NCBI GenBank assembly: GCA_902788485.1
Contig: CADAKI010000001.1
Coordinates: 183,007-247,006, forward strand
From: an uncultured Pseudomonadota bacterium
GTDB taxonomy: Bacteria; Pseudomonadota; Alphaproteobacteria; Rs-D84
Length of the DNA stretch: 64,000 nucleotides
Reading direction: 5' to 3'
Under the pieces are notes generated by a model. The model saw only the letters and a program-made list of their open reading frames with translations. It searched no databases and was not told where the DNA came from. Positions 10,406 to 21,094 of this stretch are shown here, in pieces (position 1 is the first letter of the stretch; each line of letters begins with the position of its first letter). The translations under genes were made by a program, and so were the position numbers.

Positions 10406-11728
10406 ATGAAAAATTATTGGTTGTTATTTGCCGTTTTACCGTGGTGCGCATATGCGGCCGACGATTGTGCAAAATTGCGCACGGTCCCCAATACGGTTTT
10501 AACCCTGCAACAGGTTATAGATTTCGGTTTGTGTCGTAATCCACAAACGGCGTCTGCGTATGCGTCATATCGTTCATCGCATTTTACAAAAAATGCGGCA
10601 TATGCGAGTTATTTGCCAAAATTGGATGCGCACATGTCGGGTGGTCGTCTGCATCGTGTGCATGACGATTGGGAATACAGTGGTTCGTTATCTGCATCAT
10701 ATTTGGTTTTTGATTTTGGTAAACGGTCATCTGAATTTGCGACGGCATTGGCGACATATCGTGCGGCGGGTTTTGATTATGATGAAACAATTCAAAATTA
10801 TATTTATTCTGTGATTGGTGCGTATTACGAATTGTTAAACGCAAACGCAAATGTTGAATCTGCGAATATGGCATTGACGGTTGCGCAAACCGCCAAAGAT
10901 ACCGCCGATAAAAAATTCAAGGCCGGTGCCGTTGCCAAGGCCGATGTGTACAAGGCCGAAACAACATTGGCGTCTGCGAAATTAAAATTGGAACGCGCAA
11001 AAAACAATCGTGAAATTACCAAGGGAAATTTACTGACCAAATTATCATTTCCGGCGGATAATGAAATAATAATCGCCGATATGCCGGCATCTTTTGGCAG
11101 TGATGCCGAAAGTGAAAATATTGATAAATTGATTGAAATTGCGCGTAAAAAACGTCCGGATTTATTGCGGGCGTCTGCGAACAAAGATGCCGCGTGGCAT
11201 CGTCGCAATATTGCGTTTTTGAAAAATTTACCGTCGATTTCTGTGACGGGGTCTGTGGATATCAAATCCGATACCGTTGGCGGATTGTTTGAAGATATGT
11301 CGGGTCGTGCGGGTGGTTCGATTGGTGTGTCGGTATCCATGCCGATATTTGCCGGTTTTGCAAACATGTATAATGCGCGTGCGGCGGTTGCAAATTATGA
11401 TGCGGCATTGGATAATGAACGCGCAACATCAAATAATGCGATGATGGATGTATTTACGGCATATCAAAATTATAAAACCGCAAAGACAGTTTTGGACCAA
11501 ACGGAATCTTTGTTAAAATCTGCGACGGAATCTGAACGCGTGACATCCGGCATGTATCGTGTTGGTCGTGCCACGATGTTGGATTGGCAAACGGCGCAAT
11601 CTGAATTGGTTGATGCACGAAATCAACACAATGCGGCGAAATACGATTTGTATGTAAAACGTGCGGCGGTTGCGTTGGCGATTGGTGATATACAATCAAA
11701 ATTGGATGGGGAAGCATATGTGGAATAA
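10406..11728 (+). CDS. TolC-family outer-membrane efflux protein
   Basis: Signal peptide, two OEP repeats (YLPKL, RPDLL, SMPIFAG); first gene of an efflux operon. Confidence 0.9.
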   Translation: MKNYWLLFAVLPWCAYAADDCAKLRTVPNTVLTLQQVIDFGLCRNPQTASAYASYRSSHFTKNAAYASYLPKLDAHMSGGRLHRVHDDWEYSGSLSASYLVFDFGKRSSEFATALATYRAAGFDYDETIQNYIYSVIGAYYELLNANANVESANMALTVAQTAKDTADKKFKAGAVAKADVYKAETTLASAKLKLERAKNNREITKGNLLTKLSFPADNEIIIADMPASFGSDAESENIDKLIEIARKKRPDLLRASANKDAAWHRRNIAFLKNLPSISVTGSVDIKSDTVGGLFEDMSGRAGGSIGVSVSMPIFAGFANMYNARAAVANYDAALDNERATSNNAMMDVFTAYQNYKTAKTVLDQTESLLKSATESERVTSGMYRVGRATMLDWQTAQSELVDARNQHNAAKYDLYVKRAAVALAIGDIQSKLDGEAYVE

Positions 11729-12899
11729 AATCAAATGGATTATTTCGTGGCCACTGCGTCACAAATGGTGGTCGTTGATAATAATAACAATATTGGTGTT
11801 ATTGTTTTTAATATTTGGTGGTGCAAAAAAATCGGGTGCGAACGGTGCGTTTGTGACGGTTGATGTATCGCGTGGCGACCTGGAACAGGTTGTCAGTGCC
11901 ACCGGTGAAATCAGTCCCGTCAACACGGTCAGTGTCGGGTCCCAGGTATCCGGCACCATATCGGCAATTTATGCAGATTTTAATACGCGTGTCACCCAAG
12001 GTCAGGTTTTATTGGAAATTGAACCATCTGTATTACAATCGTCCGTGACCGAGGCCCGTGCCGCATTAGATTCTGCGAAATCACAATTAAATTTGGCGAA
12101 ATCTGATTATATTCGCAACAAATCTTTATATGCCGACGGTTTTATTGCGCGCGCAGAAATGGAACAATCGCAATCCCAATACGAACAGGCCGCGGCATCG
12201 GTCACCCGTGCACAATCCCAATATGACAAGGCCGTGACGAATTTAGGATACGCAACAATTACGTCCCCGGTTGATGGCACGGTTATATCGCGCAAGGTTG
12301 ATAAAGGTCAAACCGTTGCGGCATCTTTCCAAACACCTGATTTATTCGAAATTGCCGAAGATTTAACAAAAATGCAAATTGAAACCGCAGTCAGCGAGGC
12401 CGACATCGGCATGATTCAGCAAGGTCAAAATGTACATTTTACGGTTGATGCATATCCAGGCAATACATTTGCCGGTGTTGTTCGTCAAATTCGCCTGTCA
12501 CCAACAACCACATCTAATGTTGTGGTTTATACCGTGGTGATTGATGTTGATAATGAAAAATTATTATTGATGCCGGGCATGACCGCATTTGTGACAATCG
12601 TTGTCAATCGTGCCGAAGATGCGTGGTATGCACCGAATTCTGCATTTTTGTTAAAATCGTTTGCAAATATCGACCCGGCGGCCGCCAATGTATCGCCGGA
12701 AAATCACCTGGCGGTGTTGCGCGAAAAGAAAGTTGTGATAATCCCATTTGAAAAAGGTTTGGTGACCGCCACCGAAACCCAAATTGTGTCAGACGAAATT
12801 CAATTTGGCGATAAAATCATTGTCGGGCGTGTTGGTCAAGAATCGTCTGCTAAAAAATCAACAATGCGTGGCCGTCCAATGGGCGGTGGCCCAATGTAA
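11718..12899 (+). CDS. MacA-like membrane fusion protein
   Basis: N-terminal TM helix, VSVGSQVSGTI, ITSPVDGTVI and LMPGMTA motifs. Confidence 0.92.
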   Translation: MWNKIKWIISWPLRHKWWSLIIITILVLLFLIFGGAKKSGANGAFVTVDVSRGDLEQVVSATGEISPVNTVSVGSQVSGTISAIYADFNTRVTQGQVLLEIEPSVLQSSVTEARAALDSAKSQLNLAKSDYIRNKSLYADGFIARAEMEQSQSQYEQAAASVTRAQSQYDKAVTNLGYATITSPVDGTVISRKVDKGQTVAASFQTPDLFEIAEDLTKMQIETAVSEADIGMIQQGQNVHFTVDAYPGNTFAGVVRQIRLSPTTTSNVVVYTVVIDVDNEKLLLMPGMTAFVTIVVNRAEDAWYAPNSAFLLKSFANIDPAAANVSPENHLAVLREKKVVIIPFEKGLVTATETQIVSDEIQFGDKIIVGRVGQESSAKKSTMRGRPMGGGPM

Positions 12900-13657
12900 T
12901 GGGGAAAATAATGGCAACACAACCGGATATAATATCACTGCATAAAATCTGTAAAAGTTTCCCATTGGAAATCGGTGGTACTCAACAGGTGTTGTTTGAT
13001 ATAACTTTTAATATTAAATCTGGCGAGTTTGTATCAATCATGGGGCCGTCGGGGTCTGGGAAATCAACATGCATGAATATAATTGGTGCGCTGGATTCTG
13101 CGACATCGGGGACATACCAATTATATGGGCGTGATATATCGACCATGACGGCGGATGAATTGGCAACCGTGCGTAATGAATACATTGGATTTGTTTTTCA
13201 AAACTTTAATTTATTACCAAAAAGAAACATATTGGACAATGTAATGTTGCCATTGATGTATCGTGGATTGCCGATGTCTGAACGTATAACAAAATCGCGC
13301 GAAATGTTGAAATTGGTGGGACTGTCTGATTTTGAAACATATTTGCCGACACAATTATCGGGCGGTATGAAACAGCGTGTTGCGATTGCGCGTGCATTGG
13401 CGGGAACACCAAAGTTGATTTTGGCGGACGAACCGACGGGCGCACTGGATTCCAAAATGGGAAATGAAATTTTACAGTTTTTCAAAAAATTAAATCACGA
13501 CATGGGAATAACAATCGTAATGATTACCCATGAATTTGATATTGCAAAATATTCAAACCGCCTGATTCATATTTACGACGGGCGGGTCACATACGATGGA
13601 AAAATACCCAGTAAAGAATCTGATTTAATGCCAAAACATAAAAAGGAATCAAAATGA
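12899..13657 (+). CDS. MacB/LolD-type ABC ATPase
   Basis: GPSGSGKST, LSGGMKQRVAIARAL and ILADEPTGALD motifs. Confidence 0.95.
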   Translation: MGKIMATQPDIISLHKICKSFPLEIGGTQQVLFDITFNIKSGEFVSIMGPSGSGKSTCMNIIGALDSATSGTYQLYGRDISTMTADELATVRNEYIGFVFQNFNLLPKRNILDNVMLPLMYRGLPMSERITKSREMLKLVGLSDFETYLPTQLSGGMKQRVAIARALAGTPKLILADEPTGALDSKMGNEILQFFKKLNHDMGITIVMITHEFDIAKYSNRLIHIYDGRVTYDGKIPSKESDLMPKHKKESK

Positions 13658-14871
13658 CCTTTAACGATATTATGAAAGAATCTTGGCTGTCAATCAGTGG
13701 TAATAAATTGCGTTCTTTTTTGACCGTGTTGGGTATCATTATTGGTGTTATGGCGGTTGTTATAATGGTTGCGGTTGGTGAAACCGTGCAACAATCAATC
13801 AATGACCAATTTTCGTCACTTGGGACGAATACAATTGTTATTCGTGCCGGCGCGGCGCGTGTTGCCGGTGTGCGCATGGGGAACAAGCAAACATTAACCA
13901 CCGATGACGCAGAATTTTTGTCAAAATTGCCTGATGTTGCCGCCGTGACACCGATGCAAACATCCGGTGCCCAGGTTGTATATGGAAATAAAAATTGGTC
14001 TACATCAATGATTGGTGTGTATCCTGATTATCAAACTGTTCAAAATGTAGAGGTTGAACACGGCACATTTTTTGATATGGATGCGGTCAGAAACGCGGCA
14101 ACATACGCGGTAATTGGGCCGGAAACGGCATCTGAATTGGGCATGGGGTCAAATCCGGTTGGTGAAATAATCAGAATACAAAACACACCATTTGTTGTTG
14201 TTGGTATCACAAAGGCCAAGGGCGATTCCGTCATGGGCAGTGCCGACGATTTGGTTTTGATTCCTATTACAACATTAAAAAAGCGTCTGTCCGGCAGTCG
14301 TTTTCCCAACGCGGTTCAATCAATCGTTTTGAAATTATATCAAGACGCCGATAACAATATTGCAACCGAACAAATAACCGCCCTGCTCCGTTCGCGCCAC
14401 CGGTTAAAAGATTCCGATGAAGACGATTTTCAAATTACAGATATGAAACAGGTTATGGAAACAATGACAACAGTCACGGGTTATATCAAACTGTTGTTGG
14501 TTGCCATTGCCGCGGTATCATTGTTGGTTGGTTCAATCGGTATTATGAATATGATGTTGGTATCCGTTGCCGAAAGAACACGCGAAATCGGCGTGCGCAA
14601 GGCCATTGGTGCGCGCGAAAAAAATATCATTATTCAATTTCTGTCGGAATCTGTTTTAATTTCGTTTATTGGTTCTATGACTGGGTTGTTATTGGGTGAA
14701 TTATTGGCCCAAGGTGTCGGTCGTTTTGCATTGGGGTATAATGTTCCATTAAGTATTTGGCCGGTTGTTTTGTCGGTGACGGTTGCCGTTGTTGTTGGAT
14801 TGGCATCTGGTGTTTTCCCGGCCATCAAGGCGGCGAAATTAAATCCGATTGACAGTTTGCGTTATGAATAA
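13654..14871 (+). CDS. MacB-type ABC permease
   Basis: RSFLTVLGIIIG, GIMNMMLVSVAERTREIGVRKAIGA and PIDSLRYE motifs. Confidence 0.95.
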   Translation: MTFNDIMKESWLSISGNKLRSFLTVLGIIIGVMAVVIMVAVGETVQQSINDQFSSLGTNTIVIRAGAARVAGVRMGNKQTLTTDDAEFLSKLPDVAAVTPMQTSGAQVVYGNKNWSTSMIGVYPDYQTVQNVEVEHGTFFDMDAVRNAATYAVIGPETASELGMGSNPVGEIIRIQNTPFVVVGITKAKGDSVMGSADDLVLIPITTLKKRLSGSRFPNAVQSIVLKLYQDADNNIATEQITALLRSRHRLKDSDEDDFQITDMKQVMETMTTVTGYIKLLLVAIAAVSLLVGSIGIMNMMLVSVAERTREIGVRKAIGAREKNIIIQFLSESVLISFIGSMTGLLLGELLAQGVGRFALGYNVPLSIWPVVLSVTVAVVVGLASGVFPAIKAAKLNPIDSLRYE

Positions 14872-14921
14872 GAAAAACGCGCCACGGTGGCAAAATATTG
14901 CGAATATAATGGGTGTATAAA

Positions 14922-15839
14922 ATGACATATTTATTATTTGTTTTAGGATTAGCGTTATTGGTCGGTGGTGGCGAGGTTTTGGTCCATTCTGGCGTAAAAT
15001 TGGCAAAAAAATTGCACTTGTCACCATTGATAATCGGTATTGTTTTAATGGGGTGTGGCACATCTTTGCCAGAATTGTCTGCATCATTAACGGCATTGAC
15101 GGCGAAACCACCGGTGCCCGGCATTGCATTTGGTAACATAATTGGGTCAAACATTTCAAATATTTTATTTATATTGGGTCTATCGGCATTGTTGTCGCCT
15201 GTGCGCATTGAACGCGCTGGTTTTCGTCGTGATGGATTGTTTTTAATAATGTCCGTATTTTTATTTGGGTTGGTAATGTGGTTTGGACACCTGGATTCGA
15301 TAATTGGAATATTTTTTATTTTGTTGATACTGGGGTATTTTACGATTTGTTATGACAAAGAACCAGAACCACACGATTTACAATTATCCAGAAAAAAAGA
15401 ATTATCTGTTTTAACATGTTTTGCATTATCGATTTTTGGAATTGTCGCCATTGTATACGGTGCCGATTTATTGGTTGCGTCTGCATCTAAATTGGCGCGC
15501 ATTTGGGGGGTCCAAGAATCTGTGCTGGGGTTAACTTTGATTGCGTTTGGGACATCATTGCCTGAATTGACGGTATCAATCGTTGCGGCGATACATAAAC
15601 ACAGTGCGGTTGCATACGGTAATGTCATCGGCAGTAATATTGCGAATATATTCCTGATAATTGGTGTAATGGGGGTTGTGCACGACACAGCCATCCCACA
15701 AATATGGCAAAGTTTTTGGATTATGGCAACCACCACATTGTTATTATTACTGTGCGGAATGTGCGGAAAAATCCCACGCTGGATGGGTGTGTTATTTTTG
15801 GCAGCATACGCCACATACATATGTTTTTTGTTCAAATAA
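14922..15839 (+). CDS. Ca2+/Na+ antiporter (YrbG family)
   Basis: Duplicated GTSLPEL and GNIIGSNI motifs. Confidence 0.93.
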   Translation: MTYLLFVLGLALLVGGGEVLVHSGVKLAKKLHLSPLIIGIVLMGCGTSLPELSASLTALTAKPPVPGIAFGNIIGSNISNILFILGLSALLSPVRIERAGFRRDGLFLIMSVFLFGLVMWFGHLDSIIGIFFILLILGYFTICYDKEPEPHDLQLSRKKELSVLTCFALSIFGIVAIVYGADLLVASASKLARIWGVQESVLGLTLIAFGTSLPELTVSIVAAIHKHSAVAYGNVIGSNIANIFLIIGVMGVVHDTAIPQIWQSFWIMATTTLLLLLCGMCGKIPRWMGVLFLAAYATYICFLFK

Positions 15840-16742
15840 ATCCTGGTATTTTGGTGAATTTCTTATAATCTTGTGCATTTTTTCACGCATTTCATCCAAT
15901 ACAGGTGTATCGCAATTCATTTTGCGCGCACGCACAATAAGTGTTTCGTATGCATAAATACCTTCGATTGTTCCAACCAATTCTTCGTTGTGTGCAATCG
16001 CAACCCCGCCAGAATAATTGCGACTGGTTGGTGATGTTGCCGACAGGAATAAATCCCCTAACCCGCACAGCCCGATAAATGTTTCCAATTTTGCCCCCAT
16101 GGCAAGTCCAAGTTTGATAATTTCTTTACAACAAATTGTAAAAATCATAGCGCGTTCATTTTCGTATGGTACTGTTTCGTGTATATACCCAGAAATCAAT
16201 GCCATAACATTTTTACCAACACCAGCAATCTGGGTTCCAATAACATCATTGGTGACATCTAAATGTGCAAGATTTAATACTTGCAATCCTGCCTCCATAA
16301 TACATGGTGTTGTGCCGGCCAATGTTGAACCCGTTGGAATGCCCAATGCCACTTCGCGTGCAAATTGCGGGCCTGATAAAACACCAAAATCCGTGCAGTT
16401 TGGCAATTCGCTTTGTAAAATTTCGGTCATAAATTCATGTGTTCTGCAATCTGCGCCTTTGGTACAAATTATAACAGGTTGTTTGTTATAATATTTTGCA
16501 AATTTTTGTATTGTTTCACGAAAAAAAACTGCGGGTGTCACATTTAACCACACATCAGCATTTTTTAAATCTTCTGGATTTGTAACAGTGGTCAAATTTT
16601 TGGGTGTATCAACATCTTCAAAATGTTTATATTCGCCGTCAAACGACCATAAAATAACATTTGCCCCTCCCCGTGCGATATTTACCGCCAGTGCTGTTCC
16701 CCATGCACCTGCACCGATAATACCAACAGTTTTGTACAACAT
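15792..16742 (-). CDS. gpsA: NAD(P)H-dependent glycerol-3-phosphate dehydrogenase
   Basis: GAGAWGTALA, SGPQFAREV, GLGDL and SRNYS motifs. Confidence 0.93.
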   Translation of the reverse strand: MLYKTVGIIGAGAWGTALAVNIARGGANVILWSFDGEYKHFEDVDTPKNLTTVTNPEDLKNADVWLNVTPAVFFRETIQKFAKYYNKQPVIICTKGADCRTHEFMTEILQSELPNCTDFGVLSGPQFAREVALGIPTGSTLAGTTPCIMEAGLQVLNLAHLDVTNDVIGTQIAGVGKNVMALISGYIHETVPYENERAMIFTICCKEIIKLGLAMGAKLETFIGLCGLGDLFLSATSPTSRNYSGGVAIAHNEELVGTIEGIYAYETLIVRARKMNCDTPVLDEMREKMHKIIRNSPKYQDLFEQKTYVCGVCCQK

Positions 16743-18362
16743 TTACTTAACCTTTTTTAATTTCTTTTCCAACATTGGTTTTACAACCAATCCATCATCA
16801 GACAATTCAATCGCGCGATTATACGCATCACGGGCCAATTTATCATCGCCATTTTCGACATACATATCGCCCAAATGTTCAAATAATGCCGAACAAGAGT
16901 TAGAAATTTCACCCACGCGTTCCATTACATCCAACGCGGCGGCCAACCCTTCGCGGGCGCGAATAACATAACCCAATGTATCCCACGAACACATATCGCC
17001 GGGCGCAAATTGCACCAATGCCAAACCGTATGCGTATGCCCGGTCTAAATTATCATTTTGTGCCGCCCAAATACGCGCCTGGATACTGAAAATATCTGGG
17101 TCGGGTTTTTCCAATAATATGGTTGCAGAATCGACATCATGTTGTGATGCAGGGATGTCTTGGAATATAAAATTCACCTCGGCCCGCATTTTATACAAAT
17201 ATGCGCGCGCACCGGTTGAAATATCCGGGTTTTTCAATGTATCATCAATCGTGCGCAGTGCCGCGTTTTTGTTTCCGCGTTGTGTTTCCCACCCAACCAG
17301 TAAATTTACCGCCGGCATAAACAGTGGTTGTGCACGTATGGCGTGTCGCACATCAGATTCATTATGATTTAATTCCGCCAATCGCAATTTTACAAACGGG
17401 TAATATGGGCTGTCTTCATTGATTTCAGAAAAATATTTATCATAATTGCCCATATTTGCCATCATATACAACCCCGAATGATAATTTATTGCATCGCGTT
17501 GAATCGGGTTGTTGTCGGCGACATTTCCTGCAAATCGCAACAAAATCAGCGCCAAATCAGAATTTGCCAAAGATTGTGTGTGTGCAACCGTTTGAACCAG
17601 GTTAAATGCCAACTGGTTTTTATACCCCGAAAACACAGACCAATCGGGAATATTGTTATACCCAATCATAAACATACTGCCAGGTTTGGTTGTGAATTTT
17701 GTTCGCAACATATTGGCCTGGGCATCCATTTTGTGATGTTTATAAAAAGACATTAAATACAGATAATCGTTTATATTCAAAAATTCCGGTTTTACATCGG
17801 CAAACGCAGCGGCGGCCTTTTCTGCCCTGCCCTGTTCGGCATAAATTTGCCCACGCAGGAACGATTGCCACGATGGATTTGTTCCCAAAGAATCGATAAA
17901 TTTGAAACTTTTTGTGATGTAATTATTTGCGACCCCGCCCCAAATACGAAACGGCGCCATCAACCGCATGGTGTCATTTTTATGCCGTGCATAAACATCG
18001 GCCCATTTGCCGTTTTGCACCAAGTTTGCATCAACAATAATCCGCGACGCGATGGTTTTTTGTTTTTTTAAATCCGAAATATCGTCCGGTATTTTCCCGT
18101 TTAAAAAATCGGTTAAAACACGTATTTCTGTGACCGATTTATATTCTTGGGATGGTGAATCAATTTGGTCTAAAAATTCTTCGGCACGGTCAAAATTATT
18201 GGTGTATAACGCGTGTTGTGCCGCCAAGAAAGCACCATAATTTGTTGTTGGTATTTTTCCGACCGTTTGAACGGTATGGTTCGTTGTGCACATTAAATGA
18301 ATCGCCACCAAACCGGCGACCAATCCACCCGACACAAATAAAAATGTTTTTATTGGTTTCAT
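16743..18362 (-). CDS. Membrane-anchored TPR protein
   Basis: N-terminal TM helix and C-terminal TPRs (DTLGYV, EHLGDMY...ARDAYNRA). Confidence 0.8.
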   Translation of the reverse strand: MKPIKTFLFVSGGLVAGLVAIHLMCTTNHTVQTVGKIPTTNYGAFLAAQHALYTNNFDRAEEFLDQIDSPSQEYKSVTEIRVLTDFLNGKIPDDISDLKKQKTIASRIIVDANLVQNGKWADVYARHKNDTMRLMAPFRIWGGVANNYITKSFKFIDSLGTNPSWQSFLRGQIYAEQGRAEKAAAAFADVKPEFLNINDYLYLMSFYKHHKMDAQANMLRTKFTTKPGSMFMIGYNNIPDWSVFSGYKNQLAFNLVQTVAHTQSLANSDLALILLRFAGNVADNNPIQRDAINYHSGLYMMANMGNYDKYFSEINEDSPYYPFVKLRLAELNHNESDVRHAIRAQPLFMPAVNLLVGWETQRGNKNAALRTIDDTLKNPDISTGARAYLYKMRAEVNFIFQDIPASQHDVDSATILLEKPDPDIFSIQARIWAAQNDNLDRAYAYGLALVQFAPGDMCSWDTLGYVIRAREGLAAALDVMERVGEISNSCSALFEHLGDMYVENGDDKLARDAYNRAIELSDDGLVVKPMLEKKLKKVK

Positions 18363-18388
18363 GATTTTTATATGATAGAATAATTTTT

Positions 18389-18952
18389 ATGGAAAACAAA
18401 GATAAATTTGAAACATATAAAAATTTATTGCGCGATTGGTCAAAACGCATGAATTTGGTCGCCCCCAGTACTTTGGACGATATTGATAATCGCCATTTTG
18501 CTGATTCGGCACAGTTGGCGTCGTATTTGCCGGTTGATGCCGCGGTGGTTGATTTGGGGTCCGGGGCGGGGTTTCCGGGTGTTGTGTTGGCAATATTGGG
18601 CTGGCGTGTCACATGTATAGAATCAATTGGCAAAAAGGTGGATTTTTTGACCGCTGTCCGTGAAGAGTTGCATTTGGATAATTTAACAATATATCATGGC
18701 CGTGTGGAAAATTATATTGCATCAATGGGGCGGGGTGGCAAGATTGTTTTTACCGCGCGTGCATTTGCGCCACTGGTTCGAATTTTGGATTATATGCGTG
18801 GTAAAAAATACGAATTGTTTTTGTTAAAGGGCTCGCATATCAAGGAAGAAATAAACGCGGCTAAACGAAAATATAACTTTGATTTTAAATTATATCCATC
18901 AAAAACAGGTGATGGTTTTATAATAAATGTTAAAAATTACCGGCCAATTTGA
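18389..18952 (+). CDS. rsmG: 16S rRNA m7G527 methyltransferase
   Basis: RHFADS, DLGSGAGFPG and TARAFA motifs; upstream of parA. Confidence 0.95.
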   Translation: MENKDKFETYKNLLRDWSKRMNLVAPSTLDDIDNRHFADSAQLASYLPVDAAVVDLGSGAGFPGVVLAILGWRVTCIESIGKKVDFLTAVREELHLDNLTIYHGRVENYIASMGRGGKIVFTARAFAPLVRILDYMRGKKYELFLLKGSHIKEEINAAKRKYNFDFKLYPSKTGDGFIINVKNYRPI

Positions 18953-19026
18953 TGTTTTTTATCAAAAAAGCCGGTAATTTTTTTATAAAAACACAAAAAA
19001 TGCACTACAATCAAATTGTTGTAAAT

Positions 19027-19160
19027 AATTTCATATGAAATTCCCGGCAAAAACAATAAAAATGTTCAAAAAGACCGGCTTTGCCGGTCTTTTTGATAAA
19101 AAATAATAAAAAAGCCGGGCAGTGTGGTTTTTGTAAAATGTGGTTGTTTCATATGAAATT
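19027..19160. promoter_or_regulatory. Two parS-like 16-bp palindromes
   Basis: AATTTCATATGAAATT (19027-19042) and TGTTTCATATGAAATT (19145-19160), compared with consensus TGTTTCACGTGAAACA; both lie just upstream of parA. Confidence 0.6.
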
Positions 19161-19267
19161 AAAAATAACATATTGAAAATACGGATTGTTTGTGTTTGAT
19201 TGTTATATTGCTTGACCGAATCGGAAAAATTGCCAATCATCAAAATCGATAAAAGGAAGTGAATTTT

Positions 19268-20041
19268 ATGGCTAAAATAATCGCGTTTGCAAATCAAAAG
19301 GGTGGGGTGGGTAAAACCACAACGGCGATAAATATTGGGGCGTCTTTGGCGGCGATTAATAAAAAAGTATTACTGGTTGATTTGGATCAACAGGGTAATG
19401 CCGGGACCGGTTTGGGCTTTATTCGTGCCCAGCATCCACAAAGTGTTTATGGCGTTATTATGGGGACGGCGGGGATTGCCGATAATATTTTAACAACCGC
19501 GGTGCCAAATTTACATTTGTTGCCGTCGGGTATTGAACTTGCCGGGGCCGAGGTTGATTTATTGGATGTTGAAAATCGCGAGTATCGTTTGCGTGACGCA
19601 TTGATGCCTGTGATGGATTATTATGATTTTATTTTGTTGGATTGTCCGCCGGCATTGGGACATTTGACATTAAATGCATTAAATGCCGCCGACAGTGTTA
19701 TAATCCCGTTACAATGCGAATTTTTCGCACTGGAGGGGATTCGTCAATTGGTTAGTACTATCAATATTGTGCAACAAAAATGGAATCCAAAATTGCATAT
19801 TTTGGGCGTGTTGTTGACGATGTATGATAAACGGTATTCTATGACGCGCGATGTCGAAAACGATGTTCGTAAAACATTTGGCGATACTGTATTCAAAACG
19901 GTGATTCCGCGTAATGTTCGTGTGGCCGAGGCACCTAGTCACGGAAAACCGGCATTGTTTTACGATTTTAATTCAACGGGTGCGCAAAGTTATTTGCGTG
20001 TTGCAACCGAAATTGTTAATAAGTTAGAGCAGGGGGAATAA
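19268..20041 (+). CDS. parA: Chromosome partitioning ATPase ParA
   Basis: NQKGGVGKTTT, DCPP and IPRNVRVAEAPSHG motifs. Confidence 0.97.
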   Translation: MAKIIAFANQKGGVGKTTTAINIGASLAAINKKVLLVDLDQQGNAGTGLGFIRAQHPQSVYGVIMGTAGIADNILTTAVPNLHLLPSGIELAGAEVDLLDVENREYRLRDALMPVMDYYDFILLDCPPALGHLTLNALNAADSVIIPLQCEFFALEGIRQLVSTINIVQQKWNPKLHILGVLLTMYDKRYSMTRDVENDVRKTFGDTVFKTVIPRNVRVAEAPSHGKPALFYDFNSTGAQSYLRVATEIVNKLEQGE

Positions 20042-20045
20042 TATC

Positions 20046-20924
20046 ATGGCATCAAAATTTGGTTTGGGACGTGGTCTGGCCGATATCCAGGCGGGTATGG
20101 GCGCAATCCCGGATATATCAATATTAACTGGCGGCGAACGGGTGGTGATAAAACAAATACCACTGGCGCAAATTGGTGCCAACCCAGACCAACCGCGTAA
20201 AACCTTCAAAGACGCCGAATTGAACGATTTGGCGGCATCTATCCGTGAAAAGGGTGTTTTGCAACCAATTTTATTGCGTGCGGTAATGGGGCGGCCATAT
20301 AATTATGAAATTGTGGCGGGTGAACGTCGTTTTCGCGCATCTAAATTGGCGGGATTGACGGAAATTCCGGCGGTGGTAAAAAAACTAGATGATAATAATG
20401 CGATGGAAATCGCTTTGATTGAAAATGTGCAACGCGAAAATTTGGACCCAATAGAAGAGGCCGCCGCATACAAAAATCTGATTGATAAATGTGGATATGA
20501 TATGGCGGATGTGTCGCGTTTAATTGGTAAATCGGACAGTTATATTCGTAATGCCATGCGGTTGATTGATTTGCCGGATTCTGTGCGCAAAATGGTGTCG
20601 AACGGCGAAATATCTGCATCGCACGCACGCACAATCGCGGTTGCCGAAAATCCAGAAAAATTGGCACAAGAAATTGTCAAAAATAAAATATCGGTCGCCG
20701 ATATCGCAAAACGTGTGAAAAATGTAAAAAGGGCCGGTAAAAGCCGGGGATTTTCATCAAAAACAATCAATGCCGATACGGTAAAAAAGATTGAATCTGA
20801 TATTCAAAAGTCATTAAAAGTCCCGGCAAAATTGGTTGAACGCCGTGGCGGGGCAGGGCAAATTGTTTTGAAATTTGCAACGCGCATGGAAATGCAAGAA
20901 TTGATTGATAAATTAACCAAATAA
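20046..20924 (+). CDS. parB: Chromosome partitioning protein ParB
   Basis: GLGRGL, NPDQPRK, IVAGERRFRA and ENVQRENL motifs. Confidence 0.97.
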   Translation: MASKFGLGRGLADIQAGMGAIPDISILTGGERVVIKQIPLAQIGANPDQPRKTFKDAELNDLAASIREKGVLQPILLRAVMGRPYNYEIVAGERRFRASKLAGLTEIPAVVKKLDDNNAMEIALIENVQRENLDPIEEAAAYKNLIDKCGYDMADVSRLIGKSDSYIRNAMRLIDLPDSVRKMVSNGEISASHARTIAVAENPEKLAQEIVKNKISVADIAKRVKNVKRAGKSRGFSSKTINADTVKKIESDIQKSLKVPAKLVERRGGAGQIVLKFATRMEMQELIDKLTK

Positions 20925-20939
20925 AATTGTTGTTATTTA

Positions 20940-21078
20940 ATTTTGCCGGCCTTTGCCGGCTTTTTTTTATATTTTTTATAAAAATTACCGGCAAAAACGA
21001 AATCAAAAAAGCCGGAAAAAAATAAAATTACCGGCAAAAACATGATAAAAAACACCGGCAATCGCCGGTGTTTTTTTT
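20940..21078. repeat. A-tract/CCGG repeat cluster ending in a bidirectional terminator
   Basis: AAAATTACCGGCAAAAAC occurs twice. There are seven CCGG cores in about 125 bp, and the last pair forms AAACACCGGC-AATC-GCCGGTGTTT. Confidence 0.6.
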
Positions 21079-21094
21079 GAATTTCAACAAACCA

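Noticed and set aside
10406-14871. MacAB-TolC-type operon as an acquired resistance island
   Set aside because: It is a common family with native-looking composition and no mobility genes; the substrate cannot be inferred.
15792-15839. 48-bp convergent overlap of gpsA and the antiporter
   Set aside because: Most likely a non-conserved C-terminal run-on of gpsA in a compact genome.
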